DNA of 63,081 nucleotides, counting the filler, from Craspedostauros australis (Eukaryota), in the NCBI GenBank assembly GCA_030167865.1. It is 10 parts of 10 records of this genome, joined end to end, with 100 filler letters (N's around TTAATTAATTAA, not from the genome) between each part and the next. Parts side by side here need not be neighbours in the genome. Positions count along the whole stretch, not along the records: positions 1 to 22,010 come from JALAGF010002787.1; 9 more parts are not named here. One strand, 5' to 3'. Position numbers and translations under genes: made by a program. A model generated the notes under the pieces. That model had not been told where the DNA came from and did not search any database. It saw only the letters and a program-made list of their open reading frames with translations. This document shows, one piece after another, positions 1 through 12,600 of the stretch. The first letter of the stretch is position 1. The number at the start of each line of letters is the position of its first letter.

Positions 1-596
1 TGAGACTGGTCAACGTGGAGTGTTGTTGGCTGTCCTGGCATGGCAAATTTTGTTGTTGCCGCGCGCAGTCATCATCGTGTCTTGCAGAGGAAGAGTCACA
101 CGATGTCTCTTCCTCTGTTGTGACTCGTTTTTCATGACGTGGAATCCGTTCCATGTGACGTAGAAGACGGATCAGCGAGAGTAAACACGAAATAGCTCTA
201 AATATCCAATCGCCGTTTCTCCCAAAAGCAAGCAAACCAGTGGCAACAAGGGGCCAAAACTCCACAACTAGTGATATCGCGACACCGTTTTACATTGAGT
301 GCAGCTAGTAGAGTACTCTACTCTCCTGAAGTTACACGGATGGGTTAAACGATCTCGCATCCCTCCCCGGCGCATGCCTTCTCTGGTCAAGATTGCAAGG
401 GTATGTGTGGGATGCATACCACCGCAATGCGTGAGCTGCATGATGGGACCTAACCCACGAGGATTCTGAACAAACAAGGTGCGCAGATGCGTCGTTGGTG
501 TGACATCCCTGGCGATTGCCATTTGCTCGAGAACACGGTTGAGTGTTGGGCTCTATGGTTCTTTTTGCTTGTTTGTTTACGGAAGGTTTGTTTAGT

Positions 597-1425
597 TTAG
601 TCAACGTTGCTCATGGCGACATCATCCTTCTTCGCGCTGGACTTGCCCTTGCTCTTTGCCTCCAACTTCGCCTTGCGGTCCTTATCCATCTTGAGCTTGG
701 TGATGACGAGGTTCGATGCCTGGATGCCGACTGGGATGGATGCACCGTTGCTCTTGTCCCGGGTGATTCTCTCGACGTGGACGACCCACTTCTTTCTGTA
801 TACTGCTGTGACCTTGCCCTCTCGGGTCTTGTAGACTCCTCTTGTGATGAGGACCTCGTCGTCCTTGCGGATTGGCATTGATCGTACTCCATGTCTTGCT
901 TGCAGTTCCTTGGAGAGGTTGGCAGACATGAGCTTGCGGCGCGCCTCGCTGTGGGCGCTGAAGTGAGCCTTGCGCGACTTGCGGCGGGAGGAGGAGACGA
1001 CTTCAGAGTATTTCCTGTGGTGGTATTCATTGCGTTGTTGCATTGTATTGCAATTCCATCACAATCCGCAATCGCAACAGGAGGTAGCACACATCAGAGA
1101 TGATGAACGGAAGTGAAAAAGAGTCAAAACGATGGTCAGAATTCTGTTGCAGCAGGCTGGTTGGACGCATTCATCCACTACCCTCCATCGCCATCGTCGA
1201 TGTTGTCATCTTCGTCTGCTTCCTGCGTTTGTGTTCGATCTGCCAGCGTGATGCACTCTCATGTCTGGTAGTCCACAAAGCGCCGCCATCACCACCATTG
1301 GATGCAGATGAAATCGTCGATTGCGCCGTCTCAGCACTCTTTGGAACCGCTGTCACTGGTCCATTCTAGAACTCCGCATGATGCATTCGTCTTCCTTCAT
1401 GGTCATGCCGTCACATCACTCACAT
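597..1425 (-). CDS. RPL26: 60S ribosomal protein L26 (uL24); exons 1425-1424 and 1014-597
   Basis: [18 protein letters not shown]...[10 protein letters not shown]...[18 protein letters not shown] is typical RPL26. Minus strand reads CCACC-AT|GTGAGT at 1424/1423 and CCACAG|G-AAA-TAC at 1015/1014, so splicing gives ATG AAA TAC (MKY). Confidence 0.95.
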
Positions 1426-2125
1426 GGTGGATGTCTGTTGTTGTCGTCCTGGTGGGTGTTGGTCGATCAGTAGAGATGACGGATGGCAAGAGCGACGATA
1501 CTCCAAGACAGCTGGATGGTCTCTTGGGCTTGGAGACGAACGACAAGAACAAACAACAGCGACAGCATCAACACCAACACCAACCAACACAACAACCACA
1601 CGAACCGCCACAACAAGGCTTCATCATGGTTTCTTGGCTGGCATGGCCGATTTGGTTTGAATGTTGCTCAAAGCAGTCGAAGTATTCGTTCATGTACACG
1701 CAGTACTGAAGATGCTGTACGAAGAAGAGCAGTAGAAGTAAGTGGTAAAACTATGGAGGTGTGAAGTCGACTGGATCGAGATTGAATTCTTGTCCAATTT
1801 CGACTTGTCCGACTTAATCATCCACAAAACAAAGAACAAAAGCAAACAACCAACACCAACCACGAAACTCTGGACGATCGAGAAAGGCAACTCAACACAC
1901 AACGCAGCACAACACAACACATCAAGGGAAAGCCAGCAGGAGCATCCGTATCTTTTCATCCACCACATCGCTGACACCGACCTGCATCGTGCAGAAGGCA
2001 GCCGCCATCCCTCCACGAGTATCGACGCAACCAAGGAGGTGAAGACAACAAAGCTTGCATCCCAGACGGCCGCCGTTGCGACAACAAAAACTAGAAGCAG
2101 ATCAAAGCAAAGGAAAGAGACGAAG

Positions 2126-4141
2126 ATGTCAAAATCGGAACGCAAATCGCTTGTGTCAAACGCCAACGGCAATAAGAACAAGGACACGAGCAAGGACGCT
2201 GCTCATCACGATGCTGGAGACGAGACGAAGCACAATCGGAAGAAGCGATTGAGCCGCAAGGAACAAAAGGCACGCAAGAAGAGGAAGAAGGACAAAGATG
2301 CTGCATGCTGCGAACCGATATCCAACAGTGACGATGCAAGCAAGGCCATCTCGGATGCCACCGACGAACACGCGAACAATGGCAGCAACAGCAAGAGCAG
2401 CAACGATACCAACAAAGGCAAAAAGAAAGAGAGAAACAAGAAGCACAAGAAGGACAACAACACGACGAGCGAAGCCACACCACGACCTCATCCGATGATG
2501 GTGGAGCACAACTTCGATGACAGTCACGTGCCGATCGCAGTGCCTGCCATCGATTCCAACACATCCAAAGCCAAAGGGAAATCGTTGGGCAAATGGTTCC
2601 CATCTGCCAAGGTCATTAAATGTCGTCCTGCCGCTCCCGTCACTCAATCGTCGTCATCAACAACATCCTCCGAAAATGAAGATGGCAAAGGCGGCAATAG
2701 AAAAGCCCAAGCGGCACTGGTGCTGTTCTACCAGTACGCATCACCGAAATGGTCCGAAGCCAAGGTCGAACAGCTGATGGCATACATTGCCAAGCTCTCG
2801 GAACATCGTCAGCTGGGCGGACGCATCCGCGTGGCACCGGAAGGCGTCAATGTGACGTTGAGTTCGATCGACGATGGCGACGTCTCCGCCTTGCAGACGC
2901 TGCATCATTTCGCAAAAGACCTGAAACATTTTGATGCCAACGTCTTTGAACACACACATTTCAAGTACATTCCGCAATTGGACGCGAGCCGTCATTTCAC
3001 GAACCTCAAGATCCTGCCCATCAAAGAACTCGTGTATTACGGATTGGGCGACGAGGACGCACCGTTGGACAAGCGAGGCGTGCATCTGCATCCCAAAGAT
3101 TTCCACAGCATGCTGCAGGGCGATAAGAACGAGGACGACAAAAAGGAGACGATCGTCGTCGATGTGCGCAATCACTACGAGGCGGCGATCGGTCGATTTG
3201 ATGGACAGGAACTGGTTGCCGCCCAACGCAGTCCCAACAAAGGCGGCAAGAAGAAGAATGCTTCCAACGACTCATCAGCTGCCGCTGCCGAATACGTCGA
3301 TCCCAAGATGCGCAAATCCACCGACTTCCCGACGTGGTTGGAAAAGCCGGAGACGCAACAAAAACTGAAAGGCAAGCACGTGCTGCTGTACTGCACCGGC
3401 GGCGTGCGATGCGAACGTGCCAGCGCGCATCTCAACAGCAAGTTGGGCGACAAGGTCAAGGGAGTGTACCAGCTCGAAGGTGGCATCGAACACTACCTGC
3501 AGCACTATCCCGATGGCGGGTACTGGCGCGGCAAGAATTTTGTGTTCGATAAGCGAGAAGCATTCGATGCGCAGAACTGGAATGGAGATGGCGGCGTGAT
3601 TCGTAAGCAGGCAAAGAAACAGGTCGACAAGAAGAACAACAAGAAATCATCGTCGCATGGCGAATCCAGCTGCTGCATTTGCAACACACCGTGGGATAGA
3701 TACGTTGGAAAGAAGAAGTGCGACACGTGCGGCGTACCTGTATTAATGTGCGATTCATGCATGTCGAAACATGGCGCGATCACGAAACAGAAAAGGAAGA
3801 AGAAACAAGGAATGAGGACCAACACTGCCGGCGACGGAAATCATGATGACGACGCTCGCTTCGACCTGATCCGCTGCCCGTTATGCAAGGAAGAGAATGT
3901 AACGACGAAGGTCGATGATGTCGAATACACCAACAATGGTGTCACCGCGATCCACAAGAAGAAGGACAACGATAATGGCAATGGCCATGGCAAGAAGGCC
4001 GCCACGTCCGTGCTGAAATGGGGTGGCGGGCATGCTGCGCAAAAGAAGGAGAAACGGCGGTTCCAACGCAAACTGTGTCGATTTGGTGTAGAATGCGTGC
4101 GTGACGATTGTTTCTTTGCTCATCCGGAGCGTCAGAAGTAA
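2126..4141 (+). CDS. TrhO/TSTD2-like (UPF0176) rhodanese-domain protein with Lys-rich N-terminus and C-terminal CCCH zinc finger
   Basis: Motifs LVLFYQY, GGRIRVAPEGVN, VVDVRNHYEAAIGRF, LLYCTGGVRCERAS, VYQLEGGIEHY, GKNFVFDKR, Cys-rich tail and terminal CRFGVECVRDDCFFAHP. Start taken at ATG 2126 (MSKSERK). Confidence 0.85.
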   Translation: MSKSERKSLVSNANGNKNKDTSKDAAHHDAGDETKHNRKKRLSRKEQKARKKRKKDKDAACCEPISNSDDASKAISDATDEHANNGSNSKSSNDTNKGKKKERNKKHKKDNNTTSEATPRPHPMMVEHNFDDSHVPIAVPAIDSNTSKAKGKSLGKWFPSAKVIKCRPAAPVTQSSSSTTSSENEDGKGGNRKAQAALVLFYQYASPKWSEAKVEQLMAYIAKLSEHRQLGGRIRVAPEGVNVTLSSIDDGDVSALQTLHHFAKDLKHFDANVFEHTHFKYIPQLDASRHFTNLKILPIKELVYYGLGDEDAPLDKRGVHLHPKDFHSMLQGDKNEDDKKETIVVDVRNHYEAAIGRFDGQELVAAQRSPNKGGKKKNASNDSSAAAAEYVDPKMRKSTDFPTWLEKPETQQKLKGKHVLLYCTGGVRCERASAHLNSKLGDKVKGVYQLEGGIEHYLQHYPDGGYWRGKNFVFDKREAFDAQNWNGDGGVIRKQAKKQVDKKNNKKSSSHGESSCCICNTPWDRYVGKKKCDTCGVPVLMCDSCMSKHGAITKQKRKKKQGMRTNTAGDGNHDDDARFDLIRCPLCKEENVTTKVDDVEYTNNGVTAIHKKKDNDNGNGHGKKAATSVLKWGGGHAAQKKEKRRFQRKLCRFGVECVRDDCFFAHPERQK

Positions 4142-5094
4142 TTGGGCGTGTACAAGTATGATGGTACTCGCAGTACGCTGTGGGATTGTGTTCCATTTGG
4201 ATCACAGGAAGTCGAGCACACTATTATACAATGTTACAGTAGCATGCCTTGTGATGAAAAGTGCCATTTCGTTGTGCTCAAGCAGCATACATGAGTACGT
4301 GTGGAGTAGTTGCGCTGTTGTAGCTGTGGACGCAGACGATTGCCATCTCTTCGCAGAGGGGCATCTGTCCTTCTGCTCCATTCTACACTCCATGAAGTAA
4401 GTACGGGTGATGACCCGGAGAAGAGAATTCCATCGAGTCAAATCGGAGAAGGAACAAAAGAATGGGCGAACCTCGCGGAAAGTTCGACATCACCAATTGG
4501 CGGAAGAACAAAGAAAGAAGACGAAAGGAAGCGCACAGAGAAACGAAGTGCAACATGACCGGCACCGAACAGCCCAACTGCCGACGGCAGAAGGAGAGGA
4601 CAGATTCTTCCTTCCATGTCTTTGTGTTGTGCATGCGGGTGCTCCAGCTGGGAATCTGGTGCTTCGTGGAACATGGTGACCACTCGTGCAACCTGCACAC
4701 TTCCACACCTCAGCATCATGCCGCGACCAATTCCTCCCTTGCTTGCCTCCTCACAGAACCACCCATCTCTGGGGAAAGGCATCACCATCATCATCGCCAT
4801 CGGTCTGTGACAAAGAGCCATCACCAACAACATCCCATCCATCACGGCAAAGCGCTCAGACGGAGGGAACCACTCTGGGGGTGCGACTCATACGTGTCTT
4901 TCGCCGAGTGCTCTTGATTGTTCCACTTCGCATCAGCAGCTGCTTCATTCGCAGGTTGGACTCTTTGATGCTTCCTTGTGTTCCACTCGGCAAAGACCAC
5001 AATCAACAGTGTGGAAGGAGAACAACGCATCACAGCACACCAACGGTCACAACATTGCACAGCACACTACAAGCACACCATTCCACAAACAACC

Positions 5095-7032
5095 ATGCAA
5101 CGACCAACATTGACGATGATTTCAATGTCTGTGAGGCTGCGGACGATTTCGGCGGCTGGATGCCGACGGTGCCTCAGCACCACCAACGGTTTCCACCAGG
5201 GCGACTGCGGCAGTAGCAGCAATAATCCACCACAGCGTCGCGGAGTTTCGAAACTGATCCTCGTTCGGCATGGTCAGAGCACATGGAATGCAACGCCGAC
5301 CTTCACAGGTGAGTCTGCATTGCTTGTTTGGTTGGTTGACGGGTTGGCAATGCTATGCTATGACATGCCATGCCATGCTATGATGCTTCCACCATTCTGC
5401 TTTCTGTTGCTCGCCATGCTCCTTCGTGATCATAATACTAACGCAATCTTCATCTGATTCCTCTGCTCCTTCGGGTTGACCATCTCTATGCCTTGCTACT
5501 GCTCAACTCGACTCGACTCTGCCACCCCATACACACCTCCGTATGCCTTGTCCCAATGCACGTAAAGGCTGGTGCGACGCACCCTTGACACCGCAAGGCA
5601 TGGCACAGGCCCAAGCCACAGGACAGTTGCTCAAACAACGCGGCATTCGCCGTTTTGACCACATCTTCACGTCGCAGCTATCCCGTGCCTACATCACATC
5701 GCAGCTCGTCTGCGCGGCGGCCTTCGTTTCCAGCTGGGAAGGGTTTCACAGCAAGAACTACCACACGGCTTGGCAACTCAACGAACGGCACTACGGCGCT
5801 CTGCAGGGATTGCGCAAGGACGATCCCAGCCTCATCGATACGTACGGCGCCGAACAGATGCGATCGTGGCGGCGCGATTTTCACTCCGTGCCACCGCCGT
5901 TGGATGGATCGCATCCATATTACCAACCGCCGCCAGCACCGCTCACGGAGTCCTTGGAGCACTGCCAGCAACGCGTCGTGGAGTACTTCCAATCCTCCAT
6001 CCGGCCGACGTTGATGCAGGATGGGAACGACGACCAATATGGAAGTGATCCGAGTGCGAGTGGCACTGCAGGTGTCGAAGGTGGCATCAATGGTGCTCGT
6101 GGAAGCGGCGTGAAGGAACAACTGTCCAAGGACAAGTACCGGCATCCTTGCAGGCAACTGTTCCGCGACCAGAACCGAAACACACAACAATCAGCTGCAG
6201 CCACTGCTTCAAAAGCATCCGCACAGGAAGATCCCACCATCCTGCTTGTGGCGCATTCCAACACTCTGCGCGCTCTCATTGCGTACTTCGAGGACATGCC
6301 GGAACACCAGATCCCCAATCTGCACATCCCCAACAGCGTCCCGTGCGTGTATTCCTTCGATTCCGCCACGGGCGAGATCCTGACCGACACCAAAAAACAG
6401 TGGATGTGGTCGCATGAGAACTACGAGCGACTGCACGCCAAGGTGTCGTCGCAAGAGTACATCCAGTCCATGCTGCAATCCATCCTGATGCATTCGCAGC
6501 GCAGCTACGCGGCAGGGTACGGCATGATGATGCGTCAGCCTTCGCAGGGTGGCACAGATGATGATGGCAAGATCTCGAAGCATCAGCTCGAAGTGTGGCT
6601 GATCGATCAGATGGGCAGCGACGACATCGCCATGGGCGCGTTGGCGGGAAAGTTATGGGAGGAGGTGAGTGGATGCATTGCTATGGTATCGTTGCGGGGT
6701 TGTTTGTGTGTCGAGTACATACTCGTATGCGATGGATGATCCGCTGCAACATTCTCCGTGAGACTCTGACCATTCGCTTCCATCTCGTGTATTCGACACT
6801 CTTTGTGACACTCACACATTCATTCCATTCTGTATCACTCTGCATGAATGCGCAGCTTCATCATCTCGAGACGGACTCGATCAGCATTGAGGAACTGGAG
6901 AAATACCTGCAACGCAGCGGTCACAAGTTGAATCTGCCATTCCTGATGAATCCCGACGAGGACCTCGCCCTGTCAACACGCCGCAGCGTTGACGACGACG
7001 TTGACGACAACGTTGCGTCTGCGATGGTATAG
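5095..7032 (+). CDS. Cofactor-dependent phosphoglycerate mutase (histidine phosphatase) family protein; exons 5095-5308, 5568-6664, 6856-7032
   Basis: LILVRHGQSTWN...FTG|WCDAPLT, LNERHYGALQG, ESL, LLVAHSNTLRAL. GT-AG introns 5309-5567 and 6665-6855 keep the frame. Confidence 0.88.
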
Positions 7033-7562
7033 AGACTTAGATGGCGAAGTATACTATACTCCTCTACATATGTAAAGTAACGCTCTTCATGACTAGGTGT
7101 GTCGAGAGAGAGAGAGGTATTACGTGTCCTTGTTCGAATAGCGCACTCGAGTGCTATTCCATACTATTGTGCAAAGCTAGAGAGGCACATTGAATCGTTC
7201 AAGGAATCACTTTGAGTCGCATGAGTCAAACGTATCCAAATTGAGTTCGTCGTGTTCACCAACGTCACACGAGCAAAAGATACGAATGAGTCATCACACC
7301 TCCACCACAGCACACAACACACAACACACACCACTTGGCGGAAGGCGCCAACACTCCACGACAGCATCAGCATCGGCGCCAACCCATAATTCCATTCCCA
7401 TCTTTCTGCATCCTTTGTGATCAACAGAGTTCCAACGCAACGCAACGCAACACGACGCAGCACTCGACACGCTCTCCTCTGGAATAGGTCGTATTGCTGT
7501 TCTGCTCTGTGGAAAGTCAAACCAGCCATAAATCTCACTCCCCAAAGTTCCAAAACAAGACA

Positions 7563-8573
7563 ATGGTGAAACTCTCTGCCGCATTGCTGTGTATGTTCGG
7601 TGTCAGCAAAGCCTTCGTCCCAGCCGCCCGCGCCGCTCCGCGCTTCTTCCCCACCTCTCTATCCTTCGGAGCTGCTTCCAAGGCTGCCAAAAGCGCACCA
7701 GCAACACCAGCCGCAACGGCGACATCCAGAAGAATGATCGGTTCCATCCTCGACTTCCTCGGAGGCGGCGACGCCGGACTGATCGCCCCCGAAAAGGCCC
7801 TGCCCGGACGCGAACAGAAGATGCCCAACATCGACGGATTGCGCCACTACGTGCTGGGCAACAAGATCGACGAGGTGCCGGAGGGCCACGACGTCGCCGT
7901 CTTTGCCAACGGCTGCTTCTGGGGTTCCGAGAAGGGCATCTGGCGCTTCCCCACCGGCATCCATTCCACCGCCGTGGGATACTGCGCCGGCTTCACGCCC
8001 AACCCCACCTACGAGGAGGCCTGCTCCGGCCAGACGGGACACACCGAGGGCGTGCGCGTCGTCTACGATCCCAGCAAGGTCGCCTTCACCGACATCCTGC
8101 GCTGGTTCTGGGAGGCCCACGATCCCACGTCCGGCATGGGACAAGGCAACGACCGCGGCACGCAATACCGTTCCGGATTTTACCATTTCAACAGCGAGCA
8201 GGAGAAGCTCATCCAAGCCTCAAAGCAGGCCTACGAGAAGGAGCTGCAGGCCAAGACCGGTCTGGAACGTGCCATCACCACCGAGATCGCGCCCAGCACG
8301 GATTACGATCAGTACGGCGGACTGTGGTACTTCGCTGAGGCCTACCACCAGCAGTACCTGTCCAAGCCAGGTGCGCGTCCCTACTGCAGCGCCCAGCCGC
8401 AGGGCGTCTCGCTGCCGGATTACGATTCGTGGTGCCCCTTCCCGGAAGGTTCGGAATTGCGCGAGAAGCACCGACCGACGTTGCCGGCAAGCTTCTGGAC
8501 CAAGCACGCACCCCAGAAGGGATGCTCGGTCGTGTCGGCGCCCAATGAGCCAGTCACCGCGGATTCGTTCTAA
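7563..8573 (+). CDS. msrA: Peptide methionine sulfoxide reductase A, probably plastid-targeted
   Basis: GCFWG active site, NPTYEEACSGQTGHTE, QGNDRGTQYRSG, AEAYHQQYL. N-terminal signal peptide ends SKA-FVP (ASAFAP-like). Confidence 0.95.
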   Translation: MVKLSAALLCMFGVSKAFVPAARAAPRFFPTSLSFGAASKAAKSAPATPAATATSRRMIGSILDFLGGGDAGLIAPEKALPGREQKMPNIDGLRHYVLGNKIDEVPEGHDVAVFANGCFWGSEKGIWRFPTGIHSTAVGYCAGFTPNPTYEEACSGQTGHTEGVRVVYDPSKVAFTDILRWFWEAHDPTSGMGQGNDRGTQYRSGFYHFNSEQEKLIQASKQAYEKELQAKTGLERAITTEIAPSTDYDQYGGLWYFAEAYHQQYLSKPGARPYCSAQPQGVSLPDYDSWCPFPEGSELREKHRPTLPASFWTKHAPQKGCSVVSAPNEPVTADSF

Positions 8574-9627
8574 ATCGTGATAGAATATGAGTACTCTAGA
8601 CCAAAACTGGAGACAGAGGTGCGATGATCGATACTACACTTCTGTAGAGCACTTAAGACCAACGCAACATACAAACGCATGGCACTGCTACCTCAGGAGC
8701 GTTTTGTAGCAATCAATCCACTGTAACGCGTAATGTCTGCAATCTAGACCATCCTGTCCAACCACGACTATTGTCCTAGCTCGTACGTCCAGCGTCAACT
8801 TTAGACATGATGCTGAGATCATGGGAAGTCATACAAGTGCAGGGAGAATCGGTTCATCGCTTGAGTTTGTTGAGGTGCTGAATGTTGCATAGATCTGCCG
8901 AAGCATCCGACGTACTTCTGCAAGTCTCAGAGGAGCATCCCACTCGAAGCAGCAGTCTTCATTCGACATAGTACTGATCATCTCGCACTCTCCATGCCTA
9001 TTGTTAGAGAGAGAGAGAGAGAGAAGGAGGTACCTTGAGTATGTGCGCGTATGTGCCATACTCTGCTTGCCTTGGATCCAAGCTAGAGAGGGAAAGAGAG
9101 ACCGGCCAAATTCGGAAGCAAAAACTTGACTCGGATTCGGAAGTCTTGCGCATTCGCCACATATCTGTCGCATGCGACACATATCAATTATGGAGAGGGA
9201 CATGTGACTCTTAGGAAATCGACGAATTGTGCCAAATGATTGACTTCGTTCACAAGATCGGGCTGGCTCTTTTTCGTCACAAAGTGGAGTGTGCAGGCAA
9301 CGACGAGAACAACCCAGAGAGACACGAGATGCGAAGCGAGGAAGGAGAGGGATGGGGAGAGGCACAAGCCACCACTGCCATTCCCATCACTTCCATCATC
9401 ATTATCTTCATTCTCACCATTCTCACCATTGTTGCCAGAAGCCACAAGAAAGACAGACAAGTCAATTCAAGTCAATCCAAGCCAAGTGATTAGCAAGCAA
9501 TCGACAGCACCATCTGCAGTCCTCTATCGGACCACCCGCGACATCAACAGGAGAAGCAACGGTTCTATCGTCCCCGCCAGCATAGTCGTCAACACCGGCA
9601 TAGCTGCCAGCACAGCAACCATCCATC

Positions 9628-12600
9628 ATGTACTCGGAAATGCACGACGTGCTGACGAGCGAGAGCGACGACGATGGCTTGGATCGCATCTCGGAGCGCC
9701 GCAGCGAGGAGGAGAAGTACAATGAAGACGGAGAGAGTCTCAGCAGCCACAGCGACTTTCCCATTCCCAAGGGCGCTGTCGAGCCAGAAGGCCTGCTGCC
9801 CAGCGACACCAACCTCTCCGAAGATGGTGACATTGAGATCACCGTCCCTGCAGGTTCCAACGTCAGGGTCAGCAACAAGAAGAGCAAGAGTAGGAGGGAC
9901 AACACCAACAGCAGCAGCTACACCAGCAATAGCAACAGCGGCTATAACAACAACAACAACAGCAGCAGCCGCGTCGATGGCAACAACAGCGACAGCGATG
10001 ACAGCAGCAGCAGCAGCAGCAGCAGCAGCGAGGATGAAGACCGCATCGACAGCACCACCGATCTTTACACGGATGACATCGACGAATCCAACCTCTCCTT
10101 GGCATCGGAAGAATCCCTCATGTGCTGCACGCCATCACCCGCCACGCTTGCCATTCTAGTCTGCGTCGTCATTGCCATGTGCGGAGCCCTGGCGGCCGCC
10201 GTCGTCGTGGGAGTGGATCGGTACAAGGACAACAACGACAATGATCGATTCCTCAACAATAACAACAACAACACGGACTTCACCAAGGCGCCCGTCAGCG
10301 CATCGCCCACCATGTCCGAACAACCCACATCGGCGCCCGTCGTCACGCAACAGCCAACCGCGGCGCCTGCCACGTCGACTCCCACCGCCTCGCCCACTGC
10401 GCTTGAAACAGAACCGCTCGATCCCAGAGTGAAGCAGCTCGTCGACATTGCGGGGCCCGCCGTGCTGCAGGACGGGACACCGCAAAAGGCGGCGGCCGAT
10501 TGGATCCTGTTCGACGATCCCGCGCTGACAGCCACGTCACGAACTGCCGGACGTCATTTGCAAGCGGATGATACGATCAACGTCCAGCGATTTCTTCTCG
10601 CGCTCTTTTACTACACCACCAGCCAATCGGGGCCTTGGAGGTCCTGCAACCCATCCACGACCGAGACGGATTGTCGGTACTCCAAGTTGCTCGGCACCAA
10701 CGAAGATGGCACGCTCCAGTTCCAAAACATGGAAGCCATGCGATGGTTGTCCGCCGCGCAGGAATGCGAATGGATGGGCGTTGCGTGTGGCACCGATCAG
10801 AACGTGACGGAGTTGGGTTTGGGTGAGTGTTTTACTGTGACATCATGTGCTGTACTCTCCTCTCCTCGTGTGTTAGCTGTGCTGCATGGTGGTGCATCGC
10901 ATGTTGATGAAGTATTGGTACAGAGCATGTTTATGTCTCCCACATACGCACCCGTGCAATTCACTAACTTCCATTCCGCTTCTTCATCCATTTCCGCTCA
11001 CAGAGGCACAAACACTGACCGGAAGCCTCATCACGGAGATCCTGGAGCTCCCATCCCTAAGCGTCCTCCAGGTATCATACAATGAGCTGACAGGCAACCT
11101 TGGTGCCGGTTTCGGACGGATGCAAATTCTCAACGTCGAAAACAACAACATGGGAGGCGATTTCCCCACGGACGAATTGTTTGCCAACGTCGATTCCATG
11201 ACGACCCTCCGCATCGCCAACAACCAATTCACAGGCAGCCTTCAAACGGACAACTGGAGCAACGCACAGGCACTCACCCAGCTCGATGTCTCATCGAATC
11301 TTCTCACGGGAGAGCTGCCTTTGCAACAGATCGGACAGGCGGCATCATTGAAGGAATTCAAGGCCTTCAACAACCAGTTCCGCGGCCGTTTGGCAGACGA
11401 TGCCGGTGACCTCGCCTGGAAGGCAGCGCTCGAAGTTCTGTGGTTGGGCCAAAACAACTTCGTAGGCCCACTTCCCGGAACTATCGGTGGCTTGCAACAG
11501 CTCGTCGATCTGCGTCTCGCCAACTGCATGTTCAGTTCCAGCCTGCCCGACAGCCTGTACAATCTCGTTAATCTCAAGACTCTCCATCTCCAAAACAACC
11601 AGCTGCTGTCCGGGTCCATCAGCCCCTCCATCGGCAACCTCGTCAATCTCGTCGATCTGCGACTGAGCGGCAACACCTTCACCGGCGCCATCCCATCCGA
11701 ACTCGCCAACGCGGTCGGTATGACCACGCTGGAATTGAATTTCAATGGATTCTCCGGAGCCGTCCCCGACGAACTCTGCGTAGGCTCCGTCACGGAATCC
11801 AAGTGGGAATTGCTGCAGGCCGATTGCCAACCACCGCAATCCCCGCCCAACCGATGCACCTGCTGTACCATGTGCTGCACGCGCGACGACAGCACCTGCG
11901 TCGACAATCGTGACGAGGCATTGTTCCGCGATTTCTTTGTCGAAATGGTGGGACCGCAGATCAATGAGGCCGGCACTCCCGCCGATCGGGCTGTGTCCTG
12001 GATCGTCTTTGATGATCCACTCGAGCTGTCGGTGCGAGCTCCGAATCTCTTGCAACGCTACCTGTTGGCGCTGTTCTACTTCCACACCACGTCGGAGGGC
12101 GAATGGACGGTATGCAATCCACCCAAGGATGACACTGAAACGGACGACTGCACTATCCCCACGCTCGTCGAAGGGTCATCCGATACATTCCAAGACGTTG
12201 CGACTTCGCGATGGTTGTCAGGTCGAACAGAATGCAAATGGGCCGGTGTGCAATGCGGTGGGACCTTCGTCAATGAATTGGTTGGGATTTCGCTTGGTAA
12301 GTTTGTTCTATTCTGCACTGGGTGGTGCATACATTTCGTTGTGTGTGTGTGTCACGATCGAAAGCAGAGCCTGCAATTAACTTTTCGTTCACTCACACTC
12401 TTCTCATTTGCCATCATCGCGCCATTCATTCCAAAACGCTGTGATTCTCCGCAATCCTCAATCACAACCACAAACCAATCATACGAATTGCTCCACGTGC
12501 AACACTCCGCTCTACTTACTGTACATCTCCGTCCTTAGCCGCCAATGGACTTGCCAATACCCTTCCACAAGAATTGCAGCTGTTCAAAACGCTGCAACGT

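Noticed and set aside
1015..1423. Intronic snoRNA in the RPL26 intron
   Set aside because: No convincing box C/D pair or H/ACA structure on the sense strand.
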